A stretch of 64,000 nt of DNA from an uncultured delta proteobacterium (GCA_963796055.1 CAWCKH010000004.1:992001-1056000); one strand, 5' to 3'. Positions 12,774 through 25,348 are shown, numbered from the stretch's first letter. Numbers and translations: made by a program. Notes: generated from the letters alone by a model not told the origin.

Positions 12774-12846
12774 ACGGAGCCATTGGGCTGGTTTGCCGTG
12801 CCGCCTCCACCGTGGTCCCGGCTTGTGGTAGTCGGCCGACTCCGGG

Positions 12847-13416
<570 letters not shown>

Positions 13417-13515
13417 GCGGCAGTCCGGGCTGCCGGTCCCGGCAGGCACATCTTCCGGGTGGCCGTGTGCATGCGTGCCCGGGTGCGTGCTCGGGGAGCG
13501 TGCTAGCCAGGACGA

Positions 13516-13875
13516 ATGGTGGCCGTGCTCCCGGTCGAGGATGACAGGGATGTCCGCGAGTCGATCGTCGAGATCCTCGAGGCGGAGGGGCACGCCGTCA
13601 TCCCGGTGTCGACGGCTCGGTCGGCCCTCGAAGTCCTGGAGCAGCCGGACGCCCCGGCCCTGGTCCTGCTGGACCTGCGGATGCCGGGAGTGGATGGGCG
13701 CTCGTTCCTGGACTCTCTGCGCGACTGGCCGGACCGTGACCGCTTCCGCGTCATCCTGATGTCGGCGGACCGCGCCGTGGCAACCCTGAAAGAGGCTCCC
13801 GGCGTGGTTGCAGTGCTCAAGAAGCCCTTCGAGAGCTCGGAGCTGCTGGAGTTGCTTCAACGGCATGCCACGTGA
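13516..13875 (+). CDS. Single-domain response regulator
   Basis: VEDD, LLDLRMPGVDG, MSA, KKPF receiver motifs. Confidence 0.88.
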   Translation: MVAVLPVEDDRDVRESIVEILEAEGHAVIPVSTARSALEVLEQPDAPALVLLDLRMPGVDGRSFLDSLRDWPDRDRFRVILMSADRAVATLKEAPGVVAVLKKPFESSELLELLQRHAT

Positions 13876-13906
13876 TGGGCGGGAATTAGGCCGGTACCGA
13901 GGTCCG

Positions 13907-13940
13907 GTAACGAGGTGTCGGTAACGAGGTGTCTGGCACC
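13907..13940 (+). repeat. REP-like copies downstream of the RAYT-like gene
   Basis: gtaacgaggtgtcg-gtaacgaggtgtctggcacc. Confidence 0.9.
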
Positions 13941-14009
13941 TTGGCGGGCACCTTAAGCGGGCTCGTGAGTTCGGCAACCCGGCGCGGCCCGTCGCGCTCG
14001 GTCTTCGCG

Positions 14010-14936
14010 TCATGCGGCCAGAGGGATCGGCGTGGACCTTGGCCACAGGAAGGGTTTGATCGCGGATTCCGGGAAACAGGCGGTGAGGTCTCCGGTCCTC
14101 CAGCGAATCGAGGCCCGACGAAAAGCCGCGGCGAAGCTCCGGTACCGTTCGAGAAATGCGTCGCGCATCCCCGGGATTGTCGTGTGGCACGGCGGCCGTC
14201 GCCTGCGCTCGGATGGAGGCGGCGGCTGCGAGTGCGGTTGTTGCTTCAGGACCCCGGCAGGCCCAAGGACCTTCCGGGACTGGCGCGCTGCTTGTTTCTC
14301 GATGGCGTCGACGGCTCTCCGCAGGAAGCGCCGGAGCGCGCCGGGCTTCTGTAGAGACGGACTCGGTAGAGGGGTGAGCCGGAGCTCCTCCGGCTCCGCC
14401 CAGCGGCTGTCGAGCAGTGCGCGGGCCGCGGGGCGTGCGTTGCCACTGGCACGACGCGTCCAGTTGAACCATCGAAAGGCCCTGGGCTGACCGTCGAGCA
14501 TGAGCGGCAAGCAGCTCAGTCCCGGCCATTCACGACAATGTCGAACCAGGCCCTCCTTGACCCCGTGGGAGAAGACGTAGGCCACCTTCTCCAGGAGAGC
14601 GGCGTCATCGAGGATCGGCTCCGCTGAGTACCGCCGCTCCCAGAAGCTGCCGCGCCATCCGACGAGCCTCCCGACCTTCTTGGAGATGTTCGTCATCAGG
14701 TACTGCATGAAGGCTGGCAGGTTTCCGCGTGGAGCCCGGACGACCAGGTGCATGTGATTCGACAGGAAGCTGAAGGCGAGTAACTCCACGCCGTACAGCC
14801 GCACTGCCCGAGCCAGTACGCCGCCGAGGACTTCGTTCGTCTCCGGAGACGGACGGAGGAGAAGCCGGCGCTGAAAGCACCGCGCGGTCACCAAGAACCT
14901 CTCTACTGCATTCAGCATTCGGATTGGCCTCGCCAT
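14010..14936 (-). CDS. HUH Y1 transposase, REP-associated (RAYT-like), with C-terminal extension
   Basis: FLVTARC, NHMHLVV (HUH), GSFWERRY, AYVFSHGVKEGLV (catalytic Tyr region); no tnpB; REP-like clusters on both sides. Confidence 0.88.
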   Translation of the reverse strand: MARPIRMLNAVERFLVTARCFQRRLLLRPSPETNEVLGGVLARAVRLYGVELLAFSFLSNHMHLVVRAPRGNLPAFMQYLMTNISKKVGRLVGWRGSFWERRYSAEPILDDAALLEKVAYVFSHGVKEGLVRHCREWPGLSCLPLMLDGQPRAFRWFNWTRRASGNARPAARALLDSRWAEPEELRLTPLPSPSLQKPGALRRFLRRAVDAIEKQAARQSRKVLGPAGVLKQQPHSQPPPPSERRRRPPCHTTIPGMRDAFLERYRSFAAAFRRASIRWRTGDLTACFPESAIKPFLWPRSTPIPLAA

Positions 14937-14999
14937 CGTGACACCCCCCTGTTTCGAACGATGCCAAGCAGGAGTTGGGCCAACAGCGACGCACGGGAG

Positions 15000-15079
15000 G
15001 TAACGAGGTGTTTGGCACCTCGTCGAGTGGCACCTCGTCGAGTCGAAGCAGGCACCTCGTCGACCGCGGAGGCACCTCG
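15000..15079 (+). repeat. REP-like full hairpin GTAA-CGAGGTG-TTTGG-CACCTCG followed by three right-half GGCACCTCG copies
   Basis: Read directly, upstream of the RAYT-like gene. Confidence 0.9.
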
Positions 15080-15089
15080 CCCGCAGAGG

Positions 15090-18000
15090 TCAGGATGCGA
15101 GGGCCGCTTCGGGGCCAGCGGACACGGGCTCGGCAGTCTGGGGTACGCCGTCGAGATACACGACCTTCTGCCCGAGCACTGACGGAACGCGGGGACCTGG
15201 CGTGACGACGCCGGTGAGATTGAGCGGGTCAACCGCCGCTACCTCGATGCGCTGCCCCGAGGGGCGAGACCTCCGGATTGTCCGCGCGACGTCGACGGCG
15301 TCCGGAGCTGCGAATTGCTCCCCACCCACCCCGGCCAGGAAACGCCCGCCGCGGATTTCCCCACGGGCCTCTAGCCGCCGGTAGTATCGGACCAGCTCCC
15401 GCCAGGGCGGCGCCAGCGGCTCCCGGACCACGAGGTCACGGAAGACGATTCCCCAGCGCGCCAGCAGCAGTCGGGCCACACAGCCGAGCCGTTCTTCCTC
15501 GCTCACGCCCCCCTCGGGACGGAGCAGCGACCAGCGCCCGGGCCCGCCGCGCTTCAACGCCCGCTGCTGTCGGCGTCGCTTCGGGCTGAGCAGCACCCGC
15601 AGGTTGTCCACCGCGTCGGCGGTCACGAGACCGCGGCCGAGCAGGTCCCATAGCGCGTCCTCCACAGCCTCGATGGGCTGGCCAGAGGAGGAGACCAGCT
15701 CGGGAAAGAAGCATGCCCCGCGCCGCGCGAGGACTTCGGCCACGGTACGGCTCCCTTCCACGAGGTCCTCGGGCCATCCGTCCCCGGCTTCCGAGCGTGC
15801 CACGGCGAGAAGCGCCGGCAGCTCGGAGCGTCGAACGAACGTCAGCGTCGCCGTCCGACCTGGCTTGAGCGCGCGCGCAGTCACCGCCTCCACCTCGGCA
15901 CCCCGGCGCGGCCCGACGATCCTGGGCTCGCGGAGGCTCAGGCGACCCCAGGCGACTTCTCCGGTCCAGCACGCCCGCTCGAGCAGCTCGGCGACGTTGC
16001 CCCGGACACGGGCGGGCAGGAGTACTTGCTCCCAGGCGGCGGCCGGGGCCTCCCAGCCCTCGAGCAGCGAGATTGCCCTGAGCAGGCCTCCCTGACCTCC
16101 GAGCGCATCGCTCGCCTCGAGGTGGTGCCATCGGAACAGGAAGCGCATGAAGTCCTGTGCCGAGAGTGGTTCGATCTCGCGCCGGAGCCGGCCCACGGTC
16201 AGCCGGTGGATCCGCTGCAAGAGCCGCCGGTCACACCATTCGAGCTCCTCGGCGCCAGGCCGGAACGTGCCCCGCAGGACCTGACCGTCGGACTCCAGCC
16301 GATGCAAGGCCAACGTCACCTCGTCCCTGGACAAGGCAAGCGCAACGCTCAGGCCGGAGGCCGTGACCGGCCCCGCGACCTCCATCCGTCCTCGCACCAC
16401 CGCCAGTGCCGCCACCTCCCGTTCCATCGGATTGTCACCGGGCAACGCCGAGAGCTCCGGGGCGATCGCGGCGTCCGGAAACAACGCACGGCCATGCAGG
16501 AGGCGTTCCGCGCAGATGACGAACGAGCGGGTGGCCACTCCCTTCCCTTGCTCCGCGGTGCCAAACACCTCGTTACCCGCCTCGTTAGCCGTGGCGGGTC
16601 TCTCGTGGCCGTCCATCCGTGAGACGGTCAGTCTCGCTGCGCGGCCGGTCGCGACCAGCTCGCCCAGCAAGTGGGGGGGAACCCCTTCTGCCGGCACCAG
16701 CACCGCGGCGAGCAGCCAGTCATGCAGCTCTTCCGCGTCGCGAACCAACGGGCGCGCGTCGGCGATGACCTGCTCGATGGCCGAGGCGTCCAGCGCCCCG
16801 AGCCCCGCCGCGTCCTCCGCGGGCAACGCCCGGCGGACCTGGACCGCCCGGGCCCTCCGCTCCTCCAGCGGGGCGTCGTCGAGGAAGGTGTAGGGCTGCG
16901 AGTTGAGCAGCGCGTGCGCGAGCGGGGACGGCTCGGGCAGGTCGCGCGCCAGGGTACGGATCTCTCCGGCCCGGAGCCCCCGGAGCACCCGCTTCAGCCC
17001 ATCGATGTCGAGCGCCTCGGTGAGGCAGTCCCGGAGCGCCTCGTGGACCAGCGGATGGTCAGGCGGCTCCACCTCGGCCGCGCCGTGGTTGTCCTGACAG
17101 CCGACCTGCGCGGGGAACACCGCCGCCAAGAGATCTTCCGCCCGGGCGCGCTGGATGTGCGGCGGAACGCGGCCGCCACTCTGGTAGCGCGACAGCGCCA
17201 GCGCCCGCGTCGCGCTCCAGCGGAAGCGTGTCCCGAACAGCGGCGCCTGCAGGACGGCCTGGACCAGCACTGACTCGACGGTGTCCGGGTGCAGGAACTC
17301 GAAGATGTCCTCCAGCGCGAAGCTGTGCTGCTCCCCGAGCGACAGCAGGATGCCATCGTCCGTCGCCGCCGCCTGCAGCTCGAAGTCGAAGGTGCGGCAG
17401 AAACGCTTCCGCAGCGCGAGTCCCCAGGCCCGGTTGATCCGGCCGCCGAACGGTGCATGGAGGATGAGCTGCATCCCACCGGCTTCGTCGAAGAAGCGCT
17501 CGGCGATGACGGTGCGCGCGCTCGGCAAGGCTCCGAGCACCTGCCTGCTCGCGCGAGAGGTACTCGGACAGTGACTCGGCGTCCCGCGCTCCGAGTCCAA
17601 GCCGATGCGAGCCAGGCTCCAGCCTCGGGATGGTCGAGCACCTCGTCACGCAGACGTCCCACCTCACGCGACAGCTCGTCGGTCCGGGACGGCGCCTCGC
17701 CCCGCCAGAACGGGATGCTTGGCGGCGCTCCGCGGGCGTCCTCGACTCGCACCACGCCCGCGCGAAGCCCCTGCACGCGCCAGCTGGTGCTCCCCAGCAG
17801 GAAGACGTCCCCACCGTTCATCTCCACCGCGAAGTCCTCGTCGAGCGTGCCGACCTGGCGGCCGTCGGGCTCGGCCACCACCGGGTAGGTGAAGGTGTCG
17901 GGGATCGCGCCGCCGTTCATCAGCGCAGTGAGCCGCGCCCCCTTCCGCGCCCGGAGCAGGTGGTTCACCCGATCGCGGTGCAGATGGACGCGCATCCGCC

Positions 18001-19433
18001 CGCGCCGCTCGCTCACGCCCTCGGAGAGCATCTGGAGGACCTGCGCGTACCGCTCCCAGGACAGGTCACGGTAGGGCCAGGCCCGCCTCAGCAGCGCGTA
18101 CAGCGCCCGCTCGTCCCAGGCGTCCACCGCGCAGGCAGCGACGATCTGCTGGGCGAGCACGTCCAGCGGCGCCTCGGGCATCCGCACCGCGTCGAGCTCG
18201 CCATCGTGAACCGCACGGAGGAGCGCGGTGCACTCCACCAGCTCGTCCCGGGTCAGTGCGAAGAGGATGCCTTTGCTCACCCCGTGCAGCGAGTGCCCCG
18301 CGCGCCCCACCCGTTGCAGGAAGAGCGTGATGCCCCGCGGGCTCCCAAGCTGCACCACCAGGTCCACGGCGCCGATGTCGATTCCCAGTTCGAGCGAGGC
18401 GGTGGCCACCATCGCCCGCAGCTCGCCCCGCTTGAGCTTCTCCTCGGCCGCGAGTCGCAGCTCCCGTGCCATGCTCCCGTGGTGTGCCGAGACTGTACCC
18501 GGGCCGAGTCGCGTCCCGAGGTCATGGGCCACGCGCTCGGCCAGCTTCCGGGTGTTGGTGAAGATGAGCGTCGTCCGGTGCTCGGAGGTGAGCTGCACCA
18601 GCCGGTCGTAGACCTGTCCCCACATCTCGTGGGTCGCGACCGCGCTCAGCGCGTCCTCGGGCGTCTCGAGCGACAGCTGCCACTTGCGAAGGTGTCCCAC
18701 CTGGACCACTGCGCATCCCTCAGGTCGTCCGGTGAGGAAGGAGGCGAAGGTCTCCACCGGCTTCTGCGTGGCCGACAGCCCGATCAGCTGGGGACGGCGC
18801 CGCACCTGCGCCTTCAGCCGCTCGAGCGAGAGCGCGAGATGACTGCCCCGCTTGTCCCGCGCCAGGGCGTGGATCTCGTCGACGATGACCGTGTCCACGT
18901 CACGGAGCGTCTCGCGTCCACGCGCGGCGGTGAGCACCAGGTACAGCGACTCCGGCGTGGTGATGAGGACGTGCGGGGGCCGGCGGAGCATCTGGGCCCG
19001 CTCGCTCGCGGGCGTGTCCCCGGTCCGGACCTGGACCCGGACCGGCTCGGGGAAGAGGCCTTCCCTCGCGGCGAGGTCGTAGATGGCCTCGAGCGGAGCG
19101 AGCGAGGTTCTTCTGGACGTCGTTCCCCAGCGCCTTCAGCGGCGAGACGTAGACCACCGACGTCCGGTCCTCGAGCCGGTTCTCGAGCGCGCGTCGGAGA
19201 AGCCGATCCAGCGCCGCCAGGAACGCCGAGAGCGTCTTTCCCGAGCCGGTGGGCGCAGCGATGAGGACGTCCTCTCCGGCGAGGATCCGCGGCCAGCCCC
19301 GACTCTGCGGCTCGGAAGGCTGGCCGAGCGTCGACTGGAACCACCGCTGGACGAGCGGGTGGAAGGCGGCCAGGCCGGGGTGGACCGCCTCGGCAGCCGA
19401 GGCGAACTGGAGCGGAAGCTGCGGTGCGGCCAT
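15090..19433 (-). CDS. lhr: Lhr-family DEAD/DEAH helicase; frameshifts near 19095 and 17590
   Basis: [53 protein letters not shown], and C-terminal GEIRGGRF across three ORF pieces. Confidence 0.9.
16557..16589 (-). repeat. REP-like copy plus half copy inside the lhr reading frame
   Basis: Reverse complement gctaacgaggcgg-gtaacgaggtgtttggcacc, translated as [11 protein letters not shown]. Confidence 0.8.
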
Positions 19434-19571
19434 GGCCCGCATTCCTGAACGCCGGTGCAGGCCGCGTCAAGAGCGCGGGAGGTTCGACGGAGTCACCGGC
19501 ATCGCAGACCTCGCTTGGATTCGTCGCCCCAAAAGCGGCCTGGAACACACCGTAATCACGAGACTTTTTAC

Positions 19572-19614
19572 GGTGCCAGACACCTCGTTACCACGGTGCC
19601 AGACACCTCGTTAC
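19572..19614 (-). repeat. Two REP-like cores on the minus strand
   Basis: ggtgccagacacctcgttac at 19572 and 19595. Confidence 0.9.
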
Positions 19615-19630
19615 CGGACCGGGCAGCTCG

Positions 19631-19921
19631 TCACGAGAGCTGCACCCTCCGGAAGGGGTGCACCGCGACGTGCTCCCAGACCTGGCCGGTGACGTACGGG
19701 TCGGCGGCAAGCCAGGCGTCGACCTCGGCCCGGGAGGGGAACTCCACCAGGAGCATCGAGCCCACCATCCGGCCCTCGTCGTTCAGCATGGCCCCACCTT
19801 CCAGGAACGTTCCCTCGGCCTTCATCCGCTTCACGCCCTCGAGGTGCGCCGGCCGCTGCTGCATCCGCCGCGACAGGGCGTCGGGATCACGGAAGTCGCG
19901 GGCGATGATCAGGAACTGCAC
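19631..19921 (-). CDS. yciI: YciI-family protein
   Basis: GGAGG RBS then GTG; RPAHL, GSMLLVEF, ADPYVTGQVW. Confidence 0.88.
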   Translation of the reverse strand: MQFLIIARDFRDPDALSRRMQQRPAHLEGVKRMKAEGTFLEGGAMLNDEGRMVGSMLLVEFPSRAEVDAWLAADPYVTGQVWEHVAVHPFRRVQLS

Positions 19922-20122
19922 GTGGACCTCCCCATGGGCACGGGCCTCATCCTGCCGGCCGATCCCCGGCCTCGTCGAGCGCGCGCAGCACCGACTCTGG
20001 GGCAACGTCCTGCTTCAGCTCGTCGACATCCGCCGCACGCCCGCCCTCCACTCCCAGGTGCTCGGCCACTGCCTCGAGGCGCTTGACCAGCCGGGTGACC
20101 TCGTGTTCGGACCGCCGCTCCG

Positions 20123-20877
20123 ATGCGCGCCGTCTTCTCCGCGCTGTTCTGGGCCTACCTCGCCGCTGGGGTGCATCCCGCTCTTCCTGGGGGCGGTGCT
20201 CATCTGGGCTGGTGACGCTGCCGTTCGACCGGAACGGCCGGATCCTCCACCTCTACTCCTGCTTCTGGGGCCAGCTCTTCTTCTGGAGCAACCCCTTCTG
20301 GCGGCTCCGGGTCGAGGGGCGCCAGCACCTGCCATGGCGCGGCGGCGCAGTGCTCGTCTCCAACCACGCGTCGCTTGCCGACATCCTGGTGCTGTTCGGC
20401 CTCTGGCGGCCGTTCAAGTGGGTCTCCAAGGCGAGCAACTTCCGCATCCCGTTCATCGGCTGGAACATGCGGCTCAACCGGTACGTGTCCCTGGTACGGG
20501 GGGACAGGGACAGCATCGCGGCCATGGTGCACGCCTGCGAGGCCTGGCTCGCGCGCGGTGTCCCAGTTCTCCTCTTCCCGGAGGGGACCCGCTCCCCGGA
20601 CGGCGGGGTGAAGGCCTTCAAGGACGGGGCCTTCCGGATGGCCATCGAGCAGCAGGTGCCACTCATCCCCATCGCTCTGAGCGGCACCGGAGACGTGCTC
20701 CCCAAGCACGGCTGGGTGATGCGCGGGACGGCCCGCTGCCGGGTGCGGGTCCTGCCCCCCATCGACCCGGGACCGTTCCACGGCGATGTCCCGGCCTTCC
20801 GCGAGCACGTCCGGGCGCTGATCGTGGCCGAAAAGTCCCGTCTGGACGCCGAGGCACCGCCCGCGCCCCCGGACTGA
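20123..20877 (+). CDS. Lysophospholipid acyltransferase (PlsC-like); frameshifts in 5' part (~20168, ~20207)
   Basis: SNHASLAD (HX4D), FPEGTRS, FKDGAF; N-terminal MRAVFSALFW in another frame. Confidence 0.85.
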
Positions 20878-21103
20878 CGCTACAAACCGCCGACACCGGT
20901 TCGTCACCGCCGGACCGGAATCGACCGAAACTGGCCGTTCTCGCTGCAACGAATCCTCGGTGGGAGTGTCGGATCTCATGCCGGGCTGGCGGCCAGGCAC
21001 CTTTGGCGGGCTGGTAGAGAGCGGCCCGCCCGGGGATCATGCGGAAACCTTTTCGAGGGTTCCCGGGCGGCACGAGGGGAGCGCTGCTCGCGTGGAGGCG
21101 ACG

Positions 21104-22537
21104 ATGCAGGGTCGGCTCGTTTGTGTCTTCGGTCTGGTGGTTTCTTCTCTCGCGCTGGCCCGGCAGCAAGCCCCGCAGCCGTGGGTGCCGCAGGCTGCAC
21201 CGGCGCCCGCGCCGCAGGTCGCACCGGTGCAGTACGCCCCGGCACCGCAACAGCAGTACGTGGCACCTGCCCCACAGGCGGCGCCACCGCAGCAGTACTC
21301 GGCGCCAGCACCGCAGGTTGCGCCGGCTCAGTACGCCCCACCGCCGCAGCAACCGGTCGCGGCGCCAGCGCAGCAGGCCGCCCCGCCGCAGCAGTACGCC
21401 CCGCCACAGCAGTATGCGCCACCCCAGGCCGCGCCTCCCCAGCAGTACGCCCCGCAGCAGGCCGCCCCGCCACAGCAGTATGCACCGCCGCCAGGCCGCG
21501 CCTCCCCAGCAGTACGCCGCGCCGCCCCGCAGCAGTACGCGCCGCCCCAGGCCGCGCCTCCCCAGCAGTACGCCGCGCCTCCCCAGCAGTACGCGCCGCC
21601 TCAGGCCGCCCCGCCACAGCAGTACGCGCCGCCCCAGGCCGCGCCTCCGCAGCAGTACGCCCCGCCAGCAGGCCGCACCTCCCCAGCAGTACGCGCCGCC
21701 AGCTGCCGCCGGGGCCGCGGCCGGAGCCGCCGTCGCTGCTCCTGCTGCTGCTCCCGCGCCGGCTCCGCAGTACTCGGCACCAGCTCCCCAGGCCGCGCCG
21801 CCCGCCGCTCCGGCCCCGTCCGTCGCTCCCGCTCCCGCCACGCAACCTCCGGCGAAGCCGCTGCTGCCGCCCGGAGCCGTCCCGATCCAGCAGGCTCCAT
21901 CCGCCGGTCCGGCAGCCAGCCCGGGGACGCAGTCGGTGGATTCCCAGCCGGGCAGGGCGGTGCAGGAGGACCTGCCGGCAGCCGGCCTGGCGCGCGAGGT
22001 CTACTACCGGGACATGCTGCGGGTCCGCCCGCACCAGACGGACGTCTTCACCCAGCACGGCGCGCGCAAGCTCGCCGCCACCGAGTTCTACCGGCTGGTG
22101 GGCCGCGGTGACCTGGCGTCGGCGTCGGAGGTCGCGCAAGAGCGAGCGCGCCATCCTCTACACCTTCTCGTTCCTCACCTTCGCCGCCGGCGTCGGCTCC
22201 GGCATCTGGGTGAGCAGCAACGCCCAGAACCTCAACGACCCCGCCTGCTTCGCGCAGGGCGACCAAGAGCTACAACCAGTGCGTGGACAAGGCGCAGAAG
22301 ACGAGCCTCTACGGCGCGCTCCTCATCGGCGGCGGCGTCGTGGTGGGCGGTCTGCTCATGACCATCGCCGCGCTCACCCCGGACATGGTGACGACTCCCG
22401 AGGAGACCGCCCGGCTCGCCGACCAGTACAACCGGAACCTCTCCAAACGGCTGAGCTCCATGTCCGAACCACGGGTCCAGGTGGCACCGGTGTTCGGCAA
22501 GGACGGCGGCGGGATCGCCGCGCGCTTCACGTTCTAG
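21104..22537 (+). CDS. Exported Pro/Gln/Ala/Tyr-repeat protein with two C-terminal TM segments; several frameshifts
   Basis: GGAGG RBS, signal peptide, many PQQYAPPQAAP units; C-terminus GGGIAARFTF. Confidence 0.65.
21190..21790 (+). repeat. Imperfect coding tandem repeat (cagcagtacgcgccgccccaggccgcgcctccc-type)
   Basis: Repeated cagcagtacgc units. Confidence 0.8.
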
Positions 22538-24556
22538 GAGCTGCCAGCGACACCGGGGCCGCCTCGTGCAGCTCCGGTGCGTGCCGCCTGCTTCCACGGA
22601 CCAGCCACGCCCCGAGGGCGGTACTGCCGAGGGCGAGCGCCATCACCACCGGGGAGCGAAGCCGATCGGCCAGTCCCGGCACGCGGTCGAGCAGCACCTG
22701 CGCCCCGTTGTTCACCAGATGGATGAGCACGCCGGGGACGATGCTTCCGCTCTCCAGCGCCACCCAGCCGAGGAGCAGGCCGATCACCGATGGCCGCGAC
22801 CACGTGGTAGGGGTTGATGTGAAACAGCCCGAACACCAGCGCGCTCCCCACCGATGGCGATCCACCGTGAGCCACTGCGGCGGAGCCCGGCCAGCACCAC
22901 GCCCCGGAAGGTGACCTCCTCGGCGACGGCCGGCAACAGCGCGACCAGCAGCAGCGCCGAGCCGAGCCCGAGCTGGCCCTGCTTCCCGAGCAGCTCGCCC
23001 AGCCAGTCGGAATAGGCCCGCGCCCCGGGAAAGCGGAGGAGCTGTTCCCAGACCACCGCACCCACGCTCCACCCCCCGGCCGCGAGCAGCGCCGTCGCCG
23101 CCCAGCCCCGGGACGTCGGCCACCGGAGCTGGAGCGTCTCGGAAACCGGGGCACGGAACAGACGGCACCAGATCAGCGAGGGCAAGAGAAAGAACCCGAG
23201 CTGCGAGCCGAGGATGAGCGCCGCGACCGACGTGCGCCGCTCGAAGAGCGCCGAGCCGTAGAACGTCAGGACCAGCAGCACCGCGGCGAATCCCAGCGCG
23301 TTTCCGGGGGTCAGCCCGCGACCGGCGCGCCGGCCCGGGGAGAACACGTCCCGCCACGGCTTCTCGCCCGACAGGAGCACCTGCTCGGTCTGGAACACCC
23401 GCGCCGCGAGCAGGATGCCCAGCACCGCCCAGGCGAGGCTCACCGCCCAGACCACGAGAATCTGCTGTCCGCCCGCCTTGCCCACCAGGAGGTCGTGCAC
23501 CAGCAAGGTCACGTTCAGGAGCGGCACCAGCGCGGTGCCGGCAGTGAGCTCGGCACCGGGCAGAAAGCTGGCGAACCCCGCCAGCATCACCACCAGGAGT
23601 AAGGGCATCAGGTAGCTCTGCCCCTCGCGGTAGCTCCGGGCGAGGACGCCGATCGCCATCAGCAGCGCGACGATCAGCAGCGCCGCCGGGAGCACGGTGA
23701 GGAAGATGGCCCCGGCGCTCGACAGCCCGAGCGAGAAGCGGGCCGCCCCTTCCATCGCTGCCGTCCCGCGCGCCAGGGCCAGGGCGATCGACCCGAGGTT
23801 GCACACCGTCGCCGCGAGGGTGAGGGCCAGGACGGCCAGGTACTTGCCGGCGACGATCTCCACCGAGCGCACCGGAGCGGTCAGCAAGGTCTGCAGCGTC
23901 CCCCGCTCCTTCTCCCCGGCGGTCAGATCCAGCGCCGCGTAGAACCCCGAGGTCGCCACCAGTACCAGGAGCAAGTACGGAAGCAGCGCAGCGGCGAAGC
24001 TGGCACCGCGGCGGGCGGCGTCGGCCAGGTCCTCTTCGCGCACGTCGAGCGGCCTGGCCGCGGCGGCGTCCTGCCCGAGCGCGGTCATTCGCTGGCGGAG
24101 CAGCTCCGCGCCGTGGTCGGTCAGGGCGCGCGAGACCCGCCGCTCCATGGCGTCCGAATCCACGTCGGTCGAGTCGGCCAGCACCCGGAGGGGGATGCTC
24201 GGGCCCGAGGCACCCGCCGGCGTGAGGAGGACCAGATGCACCTTCTTGGCGGTGACCAGCCGACGGGCCTCCGCCTCGGGCTCGGCCGGGGGCTGCTCGC
24301 GCCGGTCGACGACGTCCGCCCGGGCCTGCTGCTCGACCGCCCGCAGGGTGGCCTCCGGCACCGGGCCCCAGGCGGCGATCCGGGCCCGGGTCCGCTCGAG
24401 CTCCCCTCGCTTGTCGGTGGCCACCGAGCCGAGCAGGGTGAACAGCAGCGGGTAGACCAGCGCCGGGACGACGAACGCCATCACCACCGTGCGGCGGTCC
24501 CGCAGCGTCTCGATCAGGTCCTTGCGAAAGATGTGGAAGACGATGCGCAGCCTCAT
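22527..24556 (-). CDS. NatB-like ABC-2 permease fused to a CPBP (Abi/CAAX) protease; frameshifts near 22790-22850
   Basis: RKDLIETLRDRRT, AGEKERGTLQTLL, then AEEVTFRG, LVFGLFH, IHLVNN. Confidence 0.85.
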
Positions 24557-25281
24557 GCGGCCACCTCGTCGCCCACCCGGGCAAGGAAGGCGTCGGTGAG
24601 CGTCCGCGCCCCGGCCCGCGCGCAGACCTCGTCGACCGTGCCCTGGTCGAGCACCTGTCCCCGGTGCAGCAGGACCACCCGGTCGCAGAGTGCCTCGGCG
24701 TCGCCCAGCACGTGGGTGCTGAAGAGGATGGCCTTCCCGGCCGCGCGCGCCTCGCGGAAGGCCTCGAGAAGGAAGCGTCCGGTCACCACGTCCAGCGCAG
24801 TGGTGGGCTCGTCGAGGATCAGCGCCGGCGGGTCGTGGACGAAGGCGCGCGCGATGTTCGCCCGCTGCTTCTGCCCGGCGGAGAGCTTGCCGCAGGGCCG
24901 GTCGGCAAACTCGGTGAGCCGGAAGCGGGCCACGAGCGCCTCGATCCGCGCGGGGAGCGCTGCCTCGGGAATCTCGTGCAGCCGCCCGAAGTACCGGAGC
25001 ACCTCGCGGGGCGTGAGCCGCTGGTACAGCGCGGTGTCGCCGGTGAGGAACCCCAGCGCGCGCTTGAGCTCGAACGCCTCGCCCTCGGTCCCGTGGCCGG
25101 CGATGCGCACCTCGCCGGCGGTGGGGGTGAGCACCCCGGCGAGCATCCGCAGGACGGTCGTCTTGCCCGCGCCGTTCGGACCGAGCAGGCCCACGACCTC
25201 GCCGCGACCGACGGTGAAGCTCACCTCGGAGGCCGCCACCACCTCGCCGTAGCGCTTCGAAAGTCCGCGGGCCTCGATCAT
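24553..25281 (-). CDS. NatA-like ABC transporter ATP-binding protein
   Basis: GPNGAGKTT, LSAGQKQR, ILDEPT, STH. Confidence 0.93.
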   Translation of the reverse strand: MIEARGLSKRYGEVVAASEVSFTVGRGEVVGLLGPNGAGKTTVLRMLAGVLTPTAGEVRIAGHGTEGEAFELKRALGFLTGDTALYQRLTPREVLRYFGRLHEIPEAALPARIEALVARFRLTEFADRPCGKLSAGQKQRANIARAFVHDPPALILDEPTTALDVVTGRFLLEAFREARAAGKAILFSTHVLGDAEALCDRVVLLHRGQVLDQGTVDEVCARAGARTLTDAFLARVGDEVAA

Positions 25282-25348
25282 CCTGGACGAGGCGCTCGTA
25301 CCACAGAGTGCCGTCTGGCCGCGCACCCCGGGTGAATCGGAGCCCCTG

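Noticed and set aside
14010..14936. IS200/IS605 element
   Set aside because: No tnpB and no distinct left/right ends; the flanks are the dispersed REP-like family, which fits a RAYT-like gene better.
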